In this document: positions 1 through 9,293 of the stretch, in pieces
Layout of the letters: the number at the start of each line of letters is the position of its first letter
Position numbering within the stretch: the first letter of the stretch is position 1
Assembly: GCA_045541555.1 (NCBI GenBank)
Contig: JAZQJH010000005.1
Coordinates: forward strand, 752 to 64,751
Length of the DNA: 64,000 bases
Source: Eubacteriales bacterium
GTDB lineage: Bacteria > Bacillota > Clostridia > Oscillospirales > QAKW01
Direction: 5' to 3'
The notes under the pieces: generated by a model
The model's input: the letters and a program-made list of their open reading frames with translations, nothing else
Database searches by the model: none
What the model was told of the DNA's origin: nothing
Made by a program: the position numbers and the translations under genes

Positions 1-198
1 CTGGCGGTGTTCTCCGGGCACACCCATAAAGCGTACTACGAGCGCCGCGAGGGGACGGAGTTCCATATTCTCGGTTCTCCCACCGCCGATCTGACCGAGT
101 GCGGGACGCCCGACGCCGTTTATTATGAAGTGGACGTTTGCGGCAGAGAGGTCAAGGTTACGGAGCATCTTTTTGAGGTGGGAGAGATCGCAGGATGA
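1..198 (+). CDS. metallophosphoesterase-family protein, C-terminal fragment (5' end outside window)
   Basis: The frame is open from the window edge. A GHTH motif is typical of calcineurin-like phosphoesterases. The stop overlaps the next start (ATGA). Confidence 0.5.
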   Translation: MAVFSGHTHKAYYERREGTEFHILGSPTADLTECGTPDAVYYEVDVCGREVKVTEHLFEVGEIAG

Positions 199-470
199 CA
201 ACCTTTCAGAAGCTGGATCGTTTGACCGCCCTTGCAAGAGGGGATGAAGGCTTGCGCCGTGCCTTGGTGGCGACGGCTGAGACGGCGGAGCCGCTCTGGG
301 AATTCTGCCGCCTGGCGCAGGAGGCCGGAGTGGAGCTTTATCCGGGGGAGCTTTTTGCCATCGGTCAGGAATATTCCGATAATCAATGCAAAAGTACTAA
401 CGGCGGCAATCCCTCTCCCTACGATGCCTTCGATGATGCTTACGAAAATTTTATTTTCTCTATAAAATAA
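195..470 (+). CDS. small Nif11-like domain protein (91 aa)
   Basis: The N-terminal ~55 aa (FQKLDRL..ARGDEGLRRAL..EFCRLAQEAGVEL.PGELFA) follow the Nif11 helical-domain pattern as I recall it. It is translationally coupled to the upstream gene. Confidence 0.4.
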   Translation: MTTFQKLDRLTALARGDEGLRRALVATAETAEPLWEFCRLAQEAGVELYPGELFAIGQEYSDNQCKSTNGGNPSPYDAFDDAYENFIFSIK

Positions 471-489
471 AAATGATATGTAGCAGAGA

Positions 490-655
490 CTTTCAAAAAT
501 GCTTCCGAATTCGTGGGGCCGATCTCATCGGCGTACATGAGTACGGTAGAGAGCGGCCCCGCAGATAGCAGAAAAATTTAATCAAAATCCGCATTTCTAT
601 GCGGATTTTTTCCTTATAAAGAAACAACGAGAAAGAGCAGCATCTCCTTCTCGTC
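490..655 (+). ncRNA. copy C of a repeated structured intergenic element (candidate small RNA / terminator module)
   Basis: Outer stem GGGGCCG (515-521) pairs with CGGCCCC (554-560). Inner hairpin CGTAC-ATGA-GTACG lies at 532-545. Hairpin AAAATCCGC..GCGGATTTTTT lies at 584-611. A second hairpin lies at 628-653. The tail is alignable to the copies at 33811 and 41045. Confidence 0.45.
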
Positions 656-1140
656 ATAATATCACAAAATTGCCACGAACTTTTTGTTTTTTTTATTTTC
701 TGCGATCGGGAGCATTTGTGGAAGTCTCAAATGAAACAACCCTCGGTTTTTCTGCTTTCTCGTCACAGAAAATACCGAGGGTTATTTCATTGAACTTGCA
801 GGTTCCAACATGGTGTACCTCACTCTCTTTGATTTTAGGCTCGTTTCCTCTTTTCGGCTGGGCTGTGACTCATTGTTCCAAAGATTTTTGCCAATCTATA
901 TAAATGGGTTCCGCACTACGGTGCGGCTTTAAAGCGGCAGCCTTGCGAGCCTTTTTATTTATTCCCTTTCTTCGATTATAGAATAACATAAATCTTATGG
1001 CTTTTCAATTGGTATTATCCATAAAATTTAGGATGAAATTTTATTTTAATTGCGAATTGACATTTTGGATATGTTTTTGCTATAATAAATATGTTGGGCG
1101 CCGAAGGGCGCTTTTTTTATTGGCCGGAATAGAATAAACT

Positions 1141-1755
1141 ATGAAGCTGAGTGCGATCTTTGAGAAGTGCTTGAAAGTGCCTTATATTCGGGTGGAGAAC
1201 GAGGCGGATTTTGCGGTTTTACGGGACGGAGACCGGGCGGAAATTTATTTCGAGCCGTCTAAGGGGGCGGTGGATTGGAGCAATAATTTGGATTTCCCCG
1301 TCAAGCCCTATAAAAGAATGGACAATTGCAGCTGGTATGCCCATCGGGGCTTTTTGAAGGTCTGGAAATCGGCGGAGCCGTATCTTGCGGCGACGGTCAC
1401 GGATCGGAATTTAAAGGAAGTCTTGATCGCCGGCTATTCCCATGGTGCGGCGCTGGCGGTACTCTGCCACGAATACTTTTGGTTCCATCGCTCCGATCTG
1501 CGGGAGCGGATGAAGGGATACGGCTTCGGCTGTCCCAGGGTGCTTTGGGGGAGCGTCCCCAAGGGGCGATGGGAGCGGTTTACGGTGGTGCGCAATCTGG
1601 ATGACATTGTCACCCATCTGCCGCCGGCGGTGATGGGCTATACCCATGCCGGGAAATTGCTGGAGATCGGGGAGAAGGGGAGATACTCTGCCGCCGATGC
1701 TCATCGACCGGAAAACATTTTACGTGAATTAAAAAAATATGAGCTACGAAAGTAG
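1141..1755 (+). CDS. class 3 lipase-family (alpha/beta hydrolase) protein
   Basis: 204-aa ORF with the nucleophile elbow GYSHG in LIAGYSHGAALAVL. Promoter TTGACA (1057-1062) and TATAAT (1081-1086) lie upstream. Confidence 0.55.
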   Translation: MKLSAIFEKCLKVPYIRVENEADFAVLRDGDRAEIYFEPSKGAVDWSNNLDFPVKPYKRMDNCSWYAHRGFLKVWKSAEPYLAATVTDRNLKEVLIAGYSHGAALAVLCHEYFWFHRSDLRERMKGYGFGCPRVLWGSVPKGRWERFTVVRNLDDIVTHLPPAVMGYTHAGKLLEIGEKGRYSAADAHRPENILRELKKYELRK

Positions 1756-1775
1756 CTCATATTTTTTGTTGTCTG

Positions 1776-4109
1776 TCAAGAATAAAAGTTTTTAGCGATC
1801 CGGACGGCATCCATGGCATCCTTGCCGTAGTAATCAGCGTGGATGTCTTGGGCATAATCGGGGGTCAGTACCGCGCCGCCCACCATCACCCGGATGGAGG
1901 GGTCTGCTTCGTGGAGCAGGCGAACAGTTTCCGCCATGGCGGGGACGGTGGTGGTCATCAACGCGCTGAGACCTACCAAGGGGCATTGATGCCGCAGGGC
2001 GGCGCTGACCACCTGCTCCGGGTCTACGTCGCGCCCCAAGTCAAAGATCTTAAAGCCGTAACTTTCCAAAAGTACCCGAACGATATTCTTGCCGATATCG
2101 TGGATGTCTCCTTTGACGGTGGCAAGCAGGATGGTTTTGCCGCTTTCGGCGGCCGCCGGCATTTTTGCTTTGACCTTTTCAAAGGCGGCATTGGCCGCAT
2201 CGGCGCTCATCAAAAGCTGGGGAAGGTACGCCTTTTTCTGCTCAAAGGCGGCACCAATCTCATTGAGTGCCGGAATGATCTCTTCATTAATGATCGCCAA
2301 GGGCTCCCTTGATTGCAGAGCCAGATCGGCGGCGAGGGCTGCCTCCTCTTTCATGCCCTTAAGGACGGCATAGCGGAGCGTCACCGCTTCGGTGGCTGCC
2401 GCCGTAACGGGGGCAGAGCGATCCGCATAGGCGATATAGTCCCGGCAGGCGGGATCCATGCCATGGAGGGTACGGAAGGCGTACCAGGCGTCCATCATCC
2501 CTACAGAGAAGGGGTTCATGATGGCACAGTTCAGACCGTTTTCCATGGCGGAGGTAAAGAAGGCGGTGTTGATCTTTTCCCGTGCCGGCAGACCAAAGGA
2601 GATATTGGAGACGCCCAGGCTGGTATAAAAACCGTCCTCTCGCAGAAGGCGGAGGGCTTTCAACGTCACCTTGGCACTCTCCGGATCGGAGGAAACGGTC
2701 AGCGCCAGGGGATCCACGATCAGATCTTTCTTGCCAATGCCGTATTCTGCCGCCCGGGCGGCGATCCGCCGGGCTACTGCCAGCCGCGCTTCGGCGGTGG
2801 CAGGGATGCCGCTTTGATCCATGGTCAGGGCGATGATGCTGCCACCGTATTTTTGCACCAGAGGGAAGACGGCGTCCATGCTGGCGGGCTCGCCGTTTAC
2901 GGAATTGATCAAGGGCTTGCCGTTATAGATCCGCATCGCCTTTTCCAATACCCCGGGGTTGGCGGTATCCAGCTGGAGCGGAAGATCCACCACCGCCTGC
3001 AGAGCGGCGACCGTCTTTTTCATCATCATTTCTTCGTCGATCTCCGGCAGACCCACGTTGACGTCCAGGATCTGCACCCCGGCATCTGCCTGGCGGATGC
3101 CTTCGGTGAGAAGATAGTTCAGATCTTCATTGCGGAGGGCTTCCTTCAGCTTAGGCTTGCCGGTGGGGTTGATCCGCTCACCGATAAGGATGGGTTTTGC
3201 GCCGATCTCTACCGCATGGGTATAGGAGGAAACGACGGTTTTATTTTTTGGGGTGGGGACCGCATAGGGGATGGGGTCTGTCTTTTGCCGCATGGCGCGG
3301 ATATAGTCGGGGGTGGTGCCGCAGCAACCGCCTAAAATACAGCCGCCCTTTTTGGCGATCTCTTCCATAGCAGAGGCGAATTCCTCGGCGCTGACGTTAA
3401 AGACCGTCTTGCCGTCCTGCACCTCCGGCAGTCCCGCATTGGGATTGACGATGATGGGCAGGGAGGTATGCGTCGCAAACTGCTCCACCAGCCGGATCAT
3501 CTGAGCAGGACCCAGCGAGCAGTTCATGCCGACGGCGTCTACGCCCAGTCCCTCTAAAAGAGCGATCATGGCACGGGGATCGGCGCCGGTCATCAGCTTG
3601 CCGCTTCCGTCGTAAACGTTGGTGACGAAGATCGGCAGATCGGTCTGCTCCTTGGCAGCCAGCACCGCCGCCTTGGTTTCGTAGCTATCGTTCATCGTTT
3701 CGATGAGGATGAGGTCGGCACCGTATTTCTGCGCCAGCTTCATATTGGCGGCAAACAGCGCTACCGCCTCCTCAAAGGGAAGATCCCCCAAGGGCTCCAA
3801 CAGACGGCCGGTGGGACCGACGTCGAACGCGATATAGGCATCTTCACGTCCCTCCACCGCCGCTTTGGCACAGTCCATGGCGGCGGCGATCAGTTCTTCG
3901 TAATTTTCATATTTATCCCGATTGATGCCAAAGGTATTGGATTTGATAATATTGGCTCCGGCGTCCAGATAGGCCGCATGGAGGGCGGTGATCTTCTCCG
4001 GATGGGTGAGGTTCCAGCTCTCGGGCGCCTCTCCGGCAGGGAGACCCATGGCTTGCAGTACCGTGCCGGTGCCGCCGTCGAAATAATAGCGTTTCTCAGT
4101 TATTTTCAT
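1776..4109 (-). CDS. metH: cobalamin-dependent methionine synthase (homocysteine S-methyltransferase + pterin-binding + B12-binding domains, no fused activation domain)
   Basis: 777 aa. The N-terminal Hcy-binding region carries GGCCGTTP. A pterin-binding middle region follows. The C-terminal B12 motif is GDIHDIGKNIV (DxHxxG). Confidence 0.9.
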   Translation of the reverse strand: MKITEKRYYFDGGTGTVLQAMGLPAGEAPESWNLTHPEKITALHAAYLDAGANIIKSNTFGINRDKYENYEELIAAAMDCAKAAVEGREDAYIAFDVGPTGRLLEPLGDLPFEEAVALFAANMKLAQKYGADLILIETMNDSYETKAAVLAAKEQTDLPIFVTNVYDGSGKLMTGADPRAMIALLEGLGVDAVGMNCSLGPAQMIRLVEQFATHTSLPIIVNPNAGLPEVQDGKTVFNVSAEEFASAMEEIAKKGGCILGGCCGTTPDYIRAMRQKTDPIPYAVPTPKNKTVVSSYTHAVEIGAKPILIGERINPTGKPKLKEALRNEDLNYLLTEGIRQADAGVQILDVNVGLPEIDEEMMMKKTVAALQAVVDLPLQLDTANPGVLEKAMRIYNGKPLINSVNGEPASMDAVFPLVQKYGGSIIALTMDQSGIPATAEARLAVARRIAARAAEYGIGKKDLIVDPLALTVSSDPESAKVTLKALRLLREDGFYTSLGVSNISFGLPAREKINTAFFTSAMENGLNCAIMNPFSVGMMDAWYAFRTLHGMDPACRDYIAYADRSAPVTAAATEAVTLRYAVLKGMKEEAALAADLALQSREPLAIINEEIIPALNEIGAAFEQKKAYLPQLLMSADAANAAFEKVKAKMPAAAESGKTILLATVKGDIHDIGKNIVRVLLESYGFKIFDLGRDVDPEQVVSAALRHQCPLVGLSALMTTTVPAMAETVRLLHEADPSIRVMVGGAVLTPDYAQDIHADYYGKDAMDAVRIAKNFYS

Positions 4110-4668
4110 CTTTAATCCCCATGATTGCGGTGATGGACTTGGTGGGTACCATCAACCAGTTTTTTGTCAAGGTAATGCCCAGCTGCCGCCCTTGCAGAGT
4201 GTCCAGCAAGGGCTGCTGCAGGGAGAGGGCGAGGTCGCCGTAGCCGGGGCTGTAGCGGCGGGTGCAGGAAAGCCCTTGGGAAAGCTCCTGCTCTGCGATG
4301 TCGCAGGCGGCATCCGCCAGCGCCGAGGCGTAGGCGTCGGTGATAAAGTGTCCGGTGGGATCGGAGGCGGAAAGCCGCATCAAAAGGCGGTCTACCCCAA
4401 GACCCAACGTGACGGCAAAGAGGAAAGCCTCCCGGCATCCCTCCAGCCGTTTGGCAAGGCTCTCGCTTTTAAAGCAACCAAAGCCCAGATCCAGCGTATT
4501 GCCCTCCCGGCAGATGGCGACGCGCTGACAGGAATAGCGGCAGTCGATGGCGCGGCGAAGGGCTTGCTGATATTTTTCCGTCCCCTCGATGGGAATACGG
4601 CTCATCAATCGGGCGCGCAGTTCGATCGGATCGGGACAGAGAGCTTCGGCGTCGATGGTACGGATCAC
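4096..4668 (-). CDS. methionine synthase activation (SAM-binding) domain protein
   Basis: 190 aa, overlapping both metF and metH. The ..RYSPGYGD.. motif is typical of the MetH reactivation domain encoded as a separate polypeptide. Confidence 0.65.
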   Translation of the reverse strand: MIRTIDAEALCPDPIELRARLMSRIPIEGTEKYQQALRRAIDCRYSCQRVAICREGNTLDLGFGCFKSESLAKRLEGCREAFLFAVTLGLGVDRLLMRLSASDPTGHFITDAYASALADAACDIAEQELSQGLSCTRRYSPGYGDLALSLQQPLLDTLQGRQLGITLTKNWLMVPTKSITAIMGIKDENN

Positions 4669-5525
4669 TTGAGGATCTCCGAAAGGTTCTTTTTGATGGC
4701 CTCTGCCACGTCCGGCTTATTCATGGAATAGACGTGGACGGCGTTGATCCCGTTGGCATAAAGGTCAATGATCTGCTCGGTGGCATAGGCGATGCCCGCC
4801 TGCTTCATGGCGGCAGGATCGTCGCCGTAGCGATCTACGATGCGAATGAAGCGCTGGGGCAGTGCCGTCCCGGAGATGGCGCAGATCCGCTTGATCTGCT
4901 TGGGATTGGTCACCGGCATGATGCCGGCTACCACCGGTACGTTGATGCCGGACTGATACATCCGGTACATGAAGTTATAAAGAATGTTATTATCGAAAAA
5001 CATCTGGGTGGTCAAAAACTCACAGCCGTTTTCCACCTTGATCTTGAGCCGATCCAGATCCTCGGTACTGCTTGCACTTTCGGGGTGACCCTCGGGATAG
5101 CAGGCACCGCCGATGCAGAAGCCGCCAAAGTCCCGGATCTCTTTCGTCAGATCGCTGGCGTAGCGGTAGGAAAGGTTTTCGGCGCTCATTCCCTCCGGCA
5201 GGTCGCCTCGGAGTGCCAGGATATTCTCAATGCCCATCGCCCGGAGTGCAGTCAGTTGCTCCCGGATGGTCTCCCGGGAGGCGTGGATACAGCTCAGATG
5301 CACCAAAGGAGTTGTTCCGTTATTTAATAGGCTTTTGGCAATATCAAAGGTAAACTGGGAGGTGCCGCCGCCGGCGCCGTAGGTGACGCTGATATAGCTG
5401 GGGGCGAGGTCGCTGATGGCGTGCGCCGCCGCGTCCACGTCCTGATAGGCTGCGTCGGTTTTGGGCGGAAAGACCTCGAAGGAAAGGCTGGGTCTTTTAC
5501 CGGTGATGATCTCTGATACTTTCAT
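4665..5525 (-). CDS. metF: methylenetetrahydrofolate reductase
   Basis: 286 aa. SFEVFPPKT, VTYGAGG and LALRGD motifs are present. It is the first gene of the metF / activation-domain / metH operon. Confidence 0.9.
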   Translation of the reverse strand: MKVSEIITGKRPSLSFEVFPPKTDAAYQDVDAAAHAISDLAPSYISVTYGAGGGTSQFTFDIAKSLLNNGTTPLVHLSCIHASRETIREQLTALRAMGIENILALRGDLPEGMSAENLSYRYASDLTKEIRDFGGFCIGGACYPEGHPESASSTEDLDRLKIKVENGCEFLTTQMFFDNNILYNFMYRMYQSGINVPVVAGIMPVTNPKQIKRICAISGTALPQRFIRIVDRYGDDPAAMKQAGIAYATEQIIDLYANGINAVHVYSMNKPDVAEAIKKNLSEILK

Positions 5526-5622
5526 AAGTTCACTTCCTGTAAAGATATAGATATATTTATCATATCATAGCGTTTTGCACATTTCAAGGAAAGATTTCTC
5601 ATAGAGTTTAAGGGTGATCTTT

Positions 5623-7146
5623 ATGAATAATCGTAAGTTTTTTCAAAATGCGGTATTACTGACCGGTACGGGATTTTTGCTTCGGGGAGCCGGGCTTTTG
5701 CTTCGGGTCATTCTCGCCAACGTCTTGGGCGAGGAGGGGATGGGGCTTTATTCGCTGACCTTTACGGTCTATAATCTTTTCATTACCCTGGCGCAGTCCG
5801 GCATAGCGGCGGCGGTGACCCGTCTGGTGGCGCAGCATCTGGCTTTATGCCGTCCGGAGCAGGCGAAGGGCGCGCTCCGCGACTGCCTGAAATGGGCGGC
5901 GATTCTGGGGGGTGGCGCTTGCCTGCTCCTCTTTTTCGGGAGCGATTTTTTGGCGCGGATCTGGATCGGGAACGGGGATTGCGCCTTTGCCTTGCGGATG
6001 CTGGCTCTCTCCCTGCCCTTTATGACGATTTCGGGTTGCTATTCCGGCTATTTCGTGGGACGGAGAGAGGTCTGGCCCGGTAGCTTTTCCCAGATCGCGG
6101 AGCAGGCGGTGCGGTTGGGGATCGTCCTTTTGGCGGTCAGCCTTTTCCGGGATCGGGGGTTCTCCGTCTTATTGGGGATGGTCGTTTTGGCCAATACGAT
6201 CTCCGAGGGGGTCTCCTGCCTCTTTTTGGCGGCGGTCAGTCGGCGGCGCCCCATGCCCGGGAAACCGGTGACAAGTGAGCGGGGCAGTATCCGGCGGATC
6301 GCTTTGCCGGTGGCGGCATCCCGGTATCTTTCTACGGCGCTTCATACTACTGAGAATATGCTCATCCCCACCGCCATCGCGCGGTATGCCGGCAGTTATT
6401 CGGTGGGGCTGGCGCAGTTCGGTGCCCTCAAGGGGATGGCCATTCCCTTGCTCTTTTTTCCAGCCTCTTTTTTGACGGCGTTATCCTCTCTCTTGGTGCC
6501 GGAGGTGACCGATACCTCCACCCGGTCGGATTGGCGTTCCACCCGTTCCATCGTGGGGCGGGCGCTGGAGATCACCATCGCCCTTTCGGTGATGATCAGC
6601 GGCGTATTTTTTATCTATGGGGATCTATTGGGAGAATTGCTCTTTCATAGCGATACCGTCAGCATGATGCTTCGGGTACTGGCACCTATTACGCCTTTTA
6701 TGTATATGGACACCATTGCCGACGGTTTGCTCAAGGGACTGGATCGTCAGGGCAAGGCGCTCCGCAACAACACCATCGACTCCATTCTGCGGATCCTATT
6801 GATCACCGTGGCAGTGCCCACCTTTGGCATCTACGGATTTTTGGGGGTGATGGTCTTCAGCAATATCCTGGTGGCGTCCTTGAATATGGCAACCTTGCTT
6901 CGCGCGTGCCGGCTGGGATTTCAATGGAAAGACTGGGTGTTTCGTCCCCTCATTTCCGTGGGGGTTGCCACCGCCGTCTGGGCGCTTCTGCCTTTGCGTG
7001 GGACGGTGCTGAAAATGATAGTTGGCACGGGAATTTGGTGCGGCTTATATCTCTTATTTTATTGGTTGACACTCTCACAAAAAAACTCTATAATTAAATC
7101 AAAGGAAGTGAAAAAGCGTGAAGCATCAACTTTTGGAATATTTTGA
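5623..7146 (+). CDS. MOP-superfamily polysaccharide/lipid II flippase (SpoVB/MurJ-like)
   Basis: About 507 aa and polytopic. The N-terminus NAVLLTGTGFLLRGAGLL..GEEGMGLY resembles SpoVB. I prefer the ATG at 5623 (RBS AAGGGTGA) over the GTG at 5614. Confidence 0.6.
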   Translation: MNNRKFFQNAVLLTGTGFLLRGAGLLLRVILANVLGEEGMGLYSLTFTVYNLFITLAQSGIAAAVTRLVAQHLALCRPEQAKGALRDCLKWAAILGGGACLLLFFGSDFLARIWIGNGDCAFALRMLALSLPFMTISGCYSGYFVGRREVWPGSFSQIAEQAVRLGIVLLAVSLFRDRGFSVLLGMVVLANTISEGVSCLFLAAVSRRRPMPGKPVTSERGSIRRIALPVAASRYLSTALHTTENMLIPTAIARYAGSYSVGLAQFGALKGMAIPLLFFPASFLTALSSLLVPEVTDTSTRSDWRSTRSIVGRALEITIALSVMISGVFFIYGDLLGELLFHSDTVSMMLRVLAPITPFMYMDTIADGLLKGLDRQGKALRNNTIDSILRILLITVAVPTFGIYGFLGVMVFSNILVASLNMATLLRACRLGFQWKDWVFRPLISVGVATAVWALLPLRGTVLKMIVGTGIWCGLYLLFYWLTLSQKNSIIKSKEVKKREASTFGIF

Positions 7147-7681
7147 GCAGGTGCCCATCGTGGCGGCTGCCAAAAGTGAAAAGGAACTGGCGGAATGCCT
7201 GAAAAGCAAAAGCCGGGTTATCTTTTTGCTGTTTGGCGATATTTGCACCATCGAGGCGCTTGTCGAAAGGGTCAAGGCTGCCGACAAGATCGCCATCGTT
7301 CATCTGGATCTGATCGACGGCTTGGCGCCCAAGGACGTGAGTGTGGATTTTATTGCGGAGCAGACGGCGGCGGATGGGATCATCTCCACCAAAAACTCCA
7401 TCATCCGCTATGCACATCAGAAGGGGCTGCTCACCATCCAGCGGTATTTCCTGCTGGATTCCAGGGTGCTGGAGAATATGGAAAAAAACAGTTCTCCGGC
7501 GGATTTTTATGAGGTGCTTCCCGGCGTCATGCCGAAGATCATCCGTCAACTGGCGAAGACGGCAGGAAAGCCCATTATTGCCGGCGGAATGATCCGGGAT
7601 AAGGAAGACGTCATGAATGCTTTATCGGCCGGTGCGGTGGCGATTTCTTCCACCAACCGGGACGTTTGGTTCATTGAGTGA
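7118..7681 (+). CDS. glpP: glycerol-3-phosphate-responsive antiterminator GlpP
   Basis: 187 aa. VHLDLIDGL, ISTK, IQR.FLLDS and LPGVMPKII..AGGMIR..EDV..AL.AGA.A.S.S match my recollection of B. subtilis GlpP. Confidence 0.75.
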   Translation: MKHQLLEYFEQVPIVAAAKSEKELAECLKSKSRVIFLLFGDICTIEALVERVKAADKIAIVHLDLIDGLAPKDVSVDFIAEQTAADGIISTKNSIIRYAHQKGLLTIQRYFLLDSRVLENMEKNSSPADFYEVLPGVMPKIIRQLAKTAGKPIIAGGMIRDKEDVMNALSAGAVAISSTNRDVWFIE

Positions 7682-7691
7682 GGAATACAAT

Positions 7692-9290
7692 ATGAAACTG
7701 AAATTTTTAGGTGCCGCCCATGAGGTGACCGGTTCCTGCACGCTGCTGGAAGCGGCAGGCAAGCGAATTTTAATCGATTGCGGCATGGAGCAGGGTGCGG
7801 ATATTTATGAAAATTGCAGTATGCCCATTTCGGCGGCTGAGGTGGATACCGTCCTTTTGACCCATGCCCATATTGACCATTCCGGCAAGCTGCCAATGCT
7901 GGCGGCGCAGGGGTTTCGGGGTGAGATCTATGCCACCGGTGCCACCGCCAAGCTCTGCGGTATCATGCTGCAGGACTCCGCTCATATTCAGGAGCAGGAG
8001 GCTCTTTGGCGCAATCGTAAGGCGCAGCGCTCCGGCGGTGACGTCTACGTGCCGCTCTATACGGTGCAGGATGCGGTGCAGACCCTTTCTCTTTTCGTGC
8101 CTTGCATTTATCATCAGGAATATCAGATCGCCGAGGGCATCACTGTCCGCTTTCTGGACGCCGGACATCTGATGGGCTCTGCCAGCATTGAAATTACGGT
8201 GGTGGAGAATGGCGAACGGCACGTTCTGCTCTTTTCCGGCGATCTGGGCAACGTCAATCGTCCTTTGATCCGGGATCCGGAAAAGCCCTCCTATGCTGAT
8301 ACCGTCATTATTGAGTCTACTTACGGCAACCGTCTGCACGGTGAACGCAAGGATTACGTCGGGCAGCTGACGGCGGTTTTGCAGGATACCTTTGATCGGG
8401 GAGGAAACGTGGTCATTCCCTCCTTTGCGGTGGGGCGGACGCAGGAATTTCTCTATCTCATTCGAGAGATCAAGGAAAAAGGTCTGGTCAAAGGGCACGA
8501 TGGGTTCCCGGTCTACGTGGATAGCCCCTTGGCAGTGGAAGCCACTAAGATCTATTTTGGGGATCTTACGGAGTATTACGACCAGGAGATGCTGGATCTG
8601 ATCGGCCGGGGCATTAACGTCCTGGACTTCAAGGGCTTGCAGATCTCGGTCACCAGCGAAGAGTCCATGGCAATCAATGAGAATAAGACGCCGAAGGTCA
8701 TTCTCTCCGCCAGCGGAATGTGCGAGGCGGGGCGGATCCGCCATCATCTGAAGCATAACCTCTGGCGTGCCGATAGTACGGTGCTGTTCGTGGGCTACCA
8801 GGCAGAGGGGACGGTGGGACGTCATCTGCAGGACGGCGCCACCGAGGTCAAGCTTTTCGGCGAGACCATCCAGGTCAAGGCCACCATCGCCACCATGGAC
8901 GGCATCAGCGGTCATGCGGATCAAAAGATCATGCTGGATTGGCTGGGTGCTTTGGAGAATCAGCCCCGTGTCTTTGTCAACCACGGCAACGATACCGTCT
9001 GTGATGAGTTCGCCGCCACCATTCGGGAGCGGCTGGGCTTTGAGGCGACGGCACCCTATAACGGTGCGGTCTATGACGTCCGTACCGGGATGCTGCTGGA
9101 GGAAGGAAACCGGGTTCGGCTGGAGAAACGCTCCGCCAAGAAGATCCGGAACGACAGTGTATTCGACCGGCTGCTGGGCGCCGGTAAGCGCCTGATGGCC
9201 GTCATTGAAAGAAGCCGGGGACGGAGCAATAAGGACTTGGCAAAGTTTGCAGATCAAGTCAATCGATTGGCCGATAAATGGGAGGAATAG
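7692..9290 (+). CDS. MBL-fold beta-CASP ribonuclease-like hydrolase
   Basis: The start is MKLKFLGAAHEVTGSC, the HAHIDHSG motif is present, and a beta-CASP / RNA-specificity C-terminus follows. The ATG at 7692 is preferred over the ORF-track start at 7617. Confidence 0.75.
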   Translation: MKLKFLGAAHEVTGSCTLLEAAGKRILIDCGMEQGADIYENCSMPISAAEVDTVLLTHAHIDHSGKLPMLAAQGFRGEIYATGATAKLCGIMLQDSAHIQEQEALWRNRKAQRSGGDVYVPLYTVQDAVQTLSLFVPCIYHQEYQIAEGITVRFLDAGHLMGSASIEITVVENGERHVLLFSGDLGNVNRPLIRDPEKPSYADTVIIESTYGNRLHGERKDYVGQLTAVLQDTFDRGGNVVIPSFAVGRTQEFLYLIREIKEKGLVKGHDGFPVYVDSPLAVEATKIYFGDLTEYYDQEMLDLIGRGINVLDFKGLQISVTSEESMAINENKTPKVILSASGMCEAGRIRHHLKHNLWRADSTVLFVGYQAEGTVGRHLQDGATEVKLFGETIQVKATIATMDGISGHADQKIMLDWLGALENQPRVFVNHGNDTVCDEFAATIRERLGFEATAPYNGAVYDVRTGMLLEEGNRVRLEKRSAKKIRNDSVFDRLLGAGKRLMAVIERSRGRSNKDLAKFADQVNRLADKWEE

Positions 9291-9293
9291 TAA

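Noticed and set aside
670-903. A 77-aa ORF in the intergenic region before the lipase gene.
   Set aside because: It has no RBS and runs through a long hairpin. Its hydrophobic, low-information sequence is typical of translated T-rich non-coding DNA.
5526-5613. An expected SAM (S-box) riboswitch upstream of the metF-metH operon.
   Set aside because: Only 88 bp are available, holding a TTGAAA / 17 nt / TATGAT promoter. No S-box motifs or terminator are visible.
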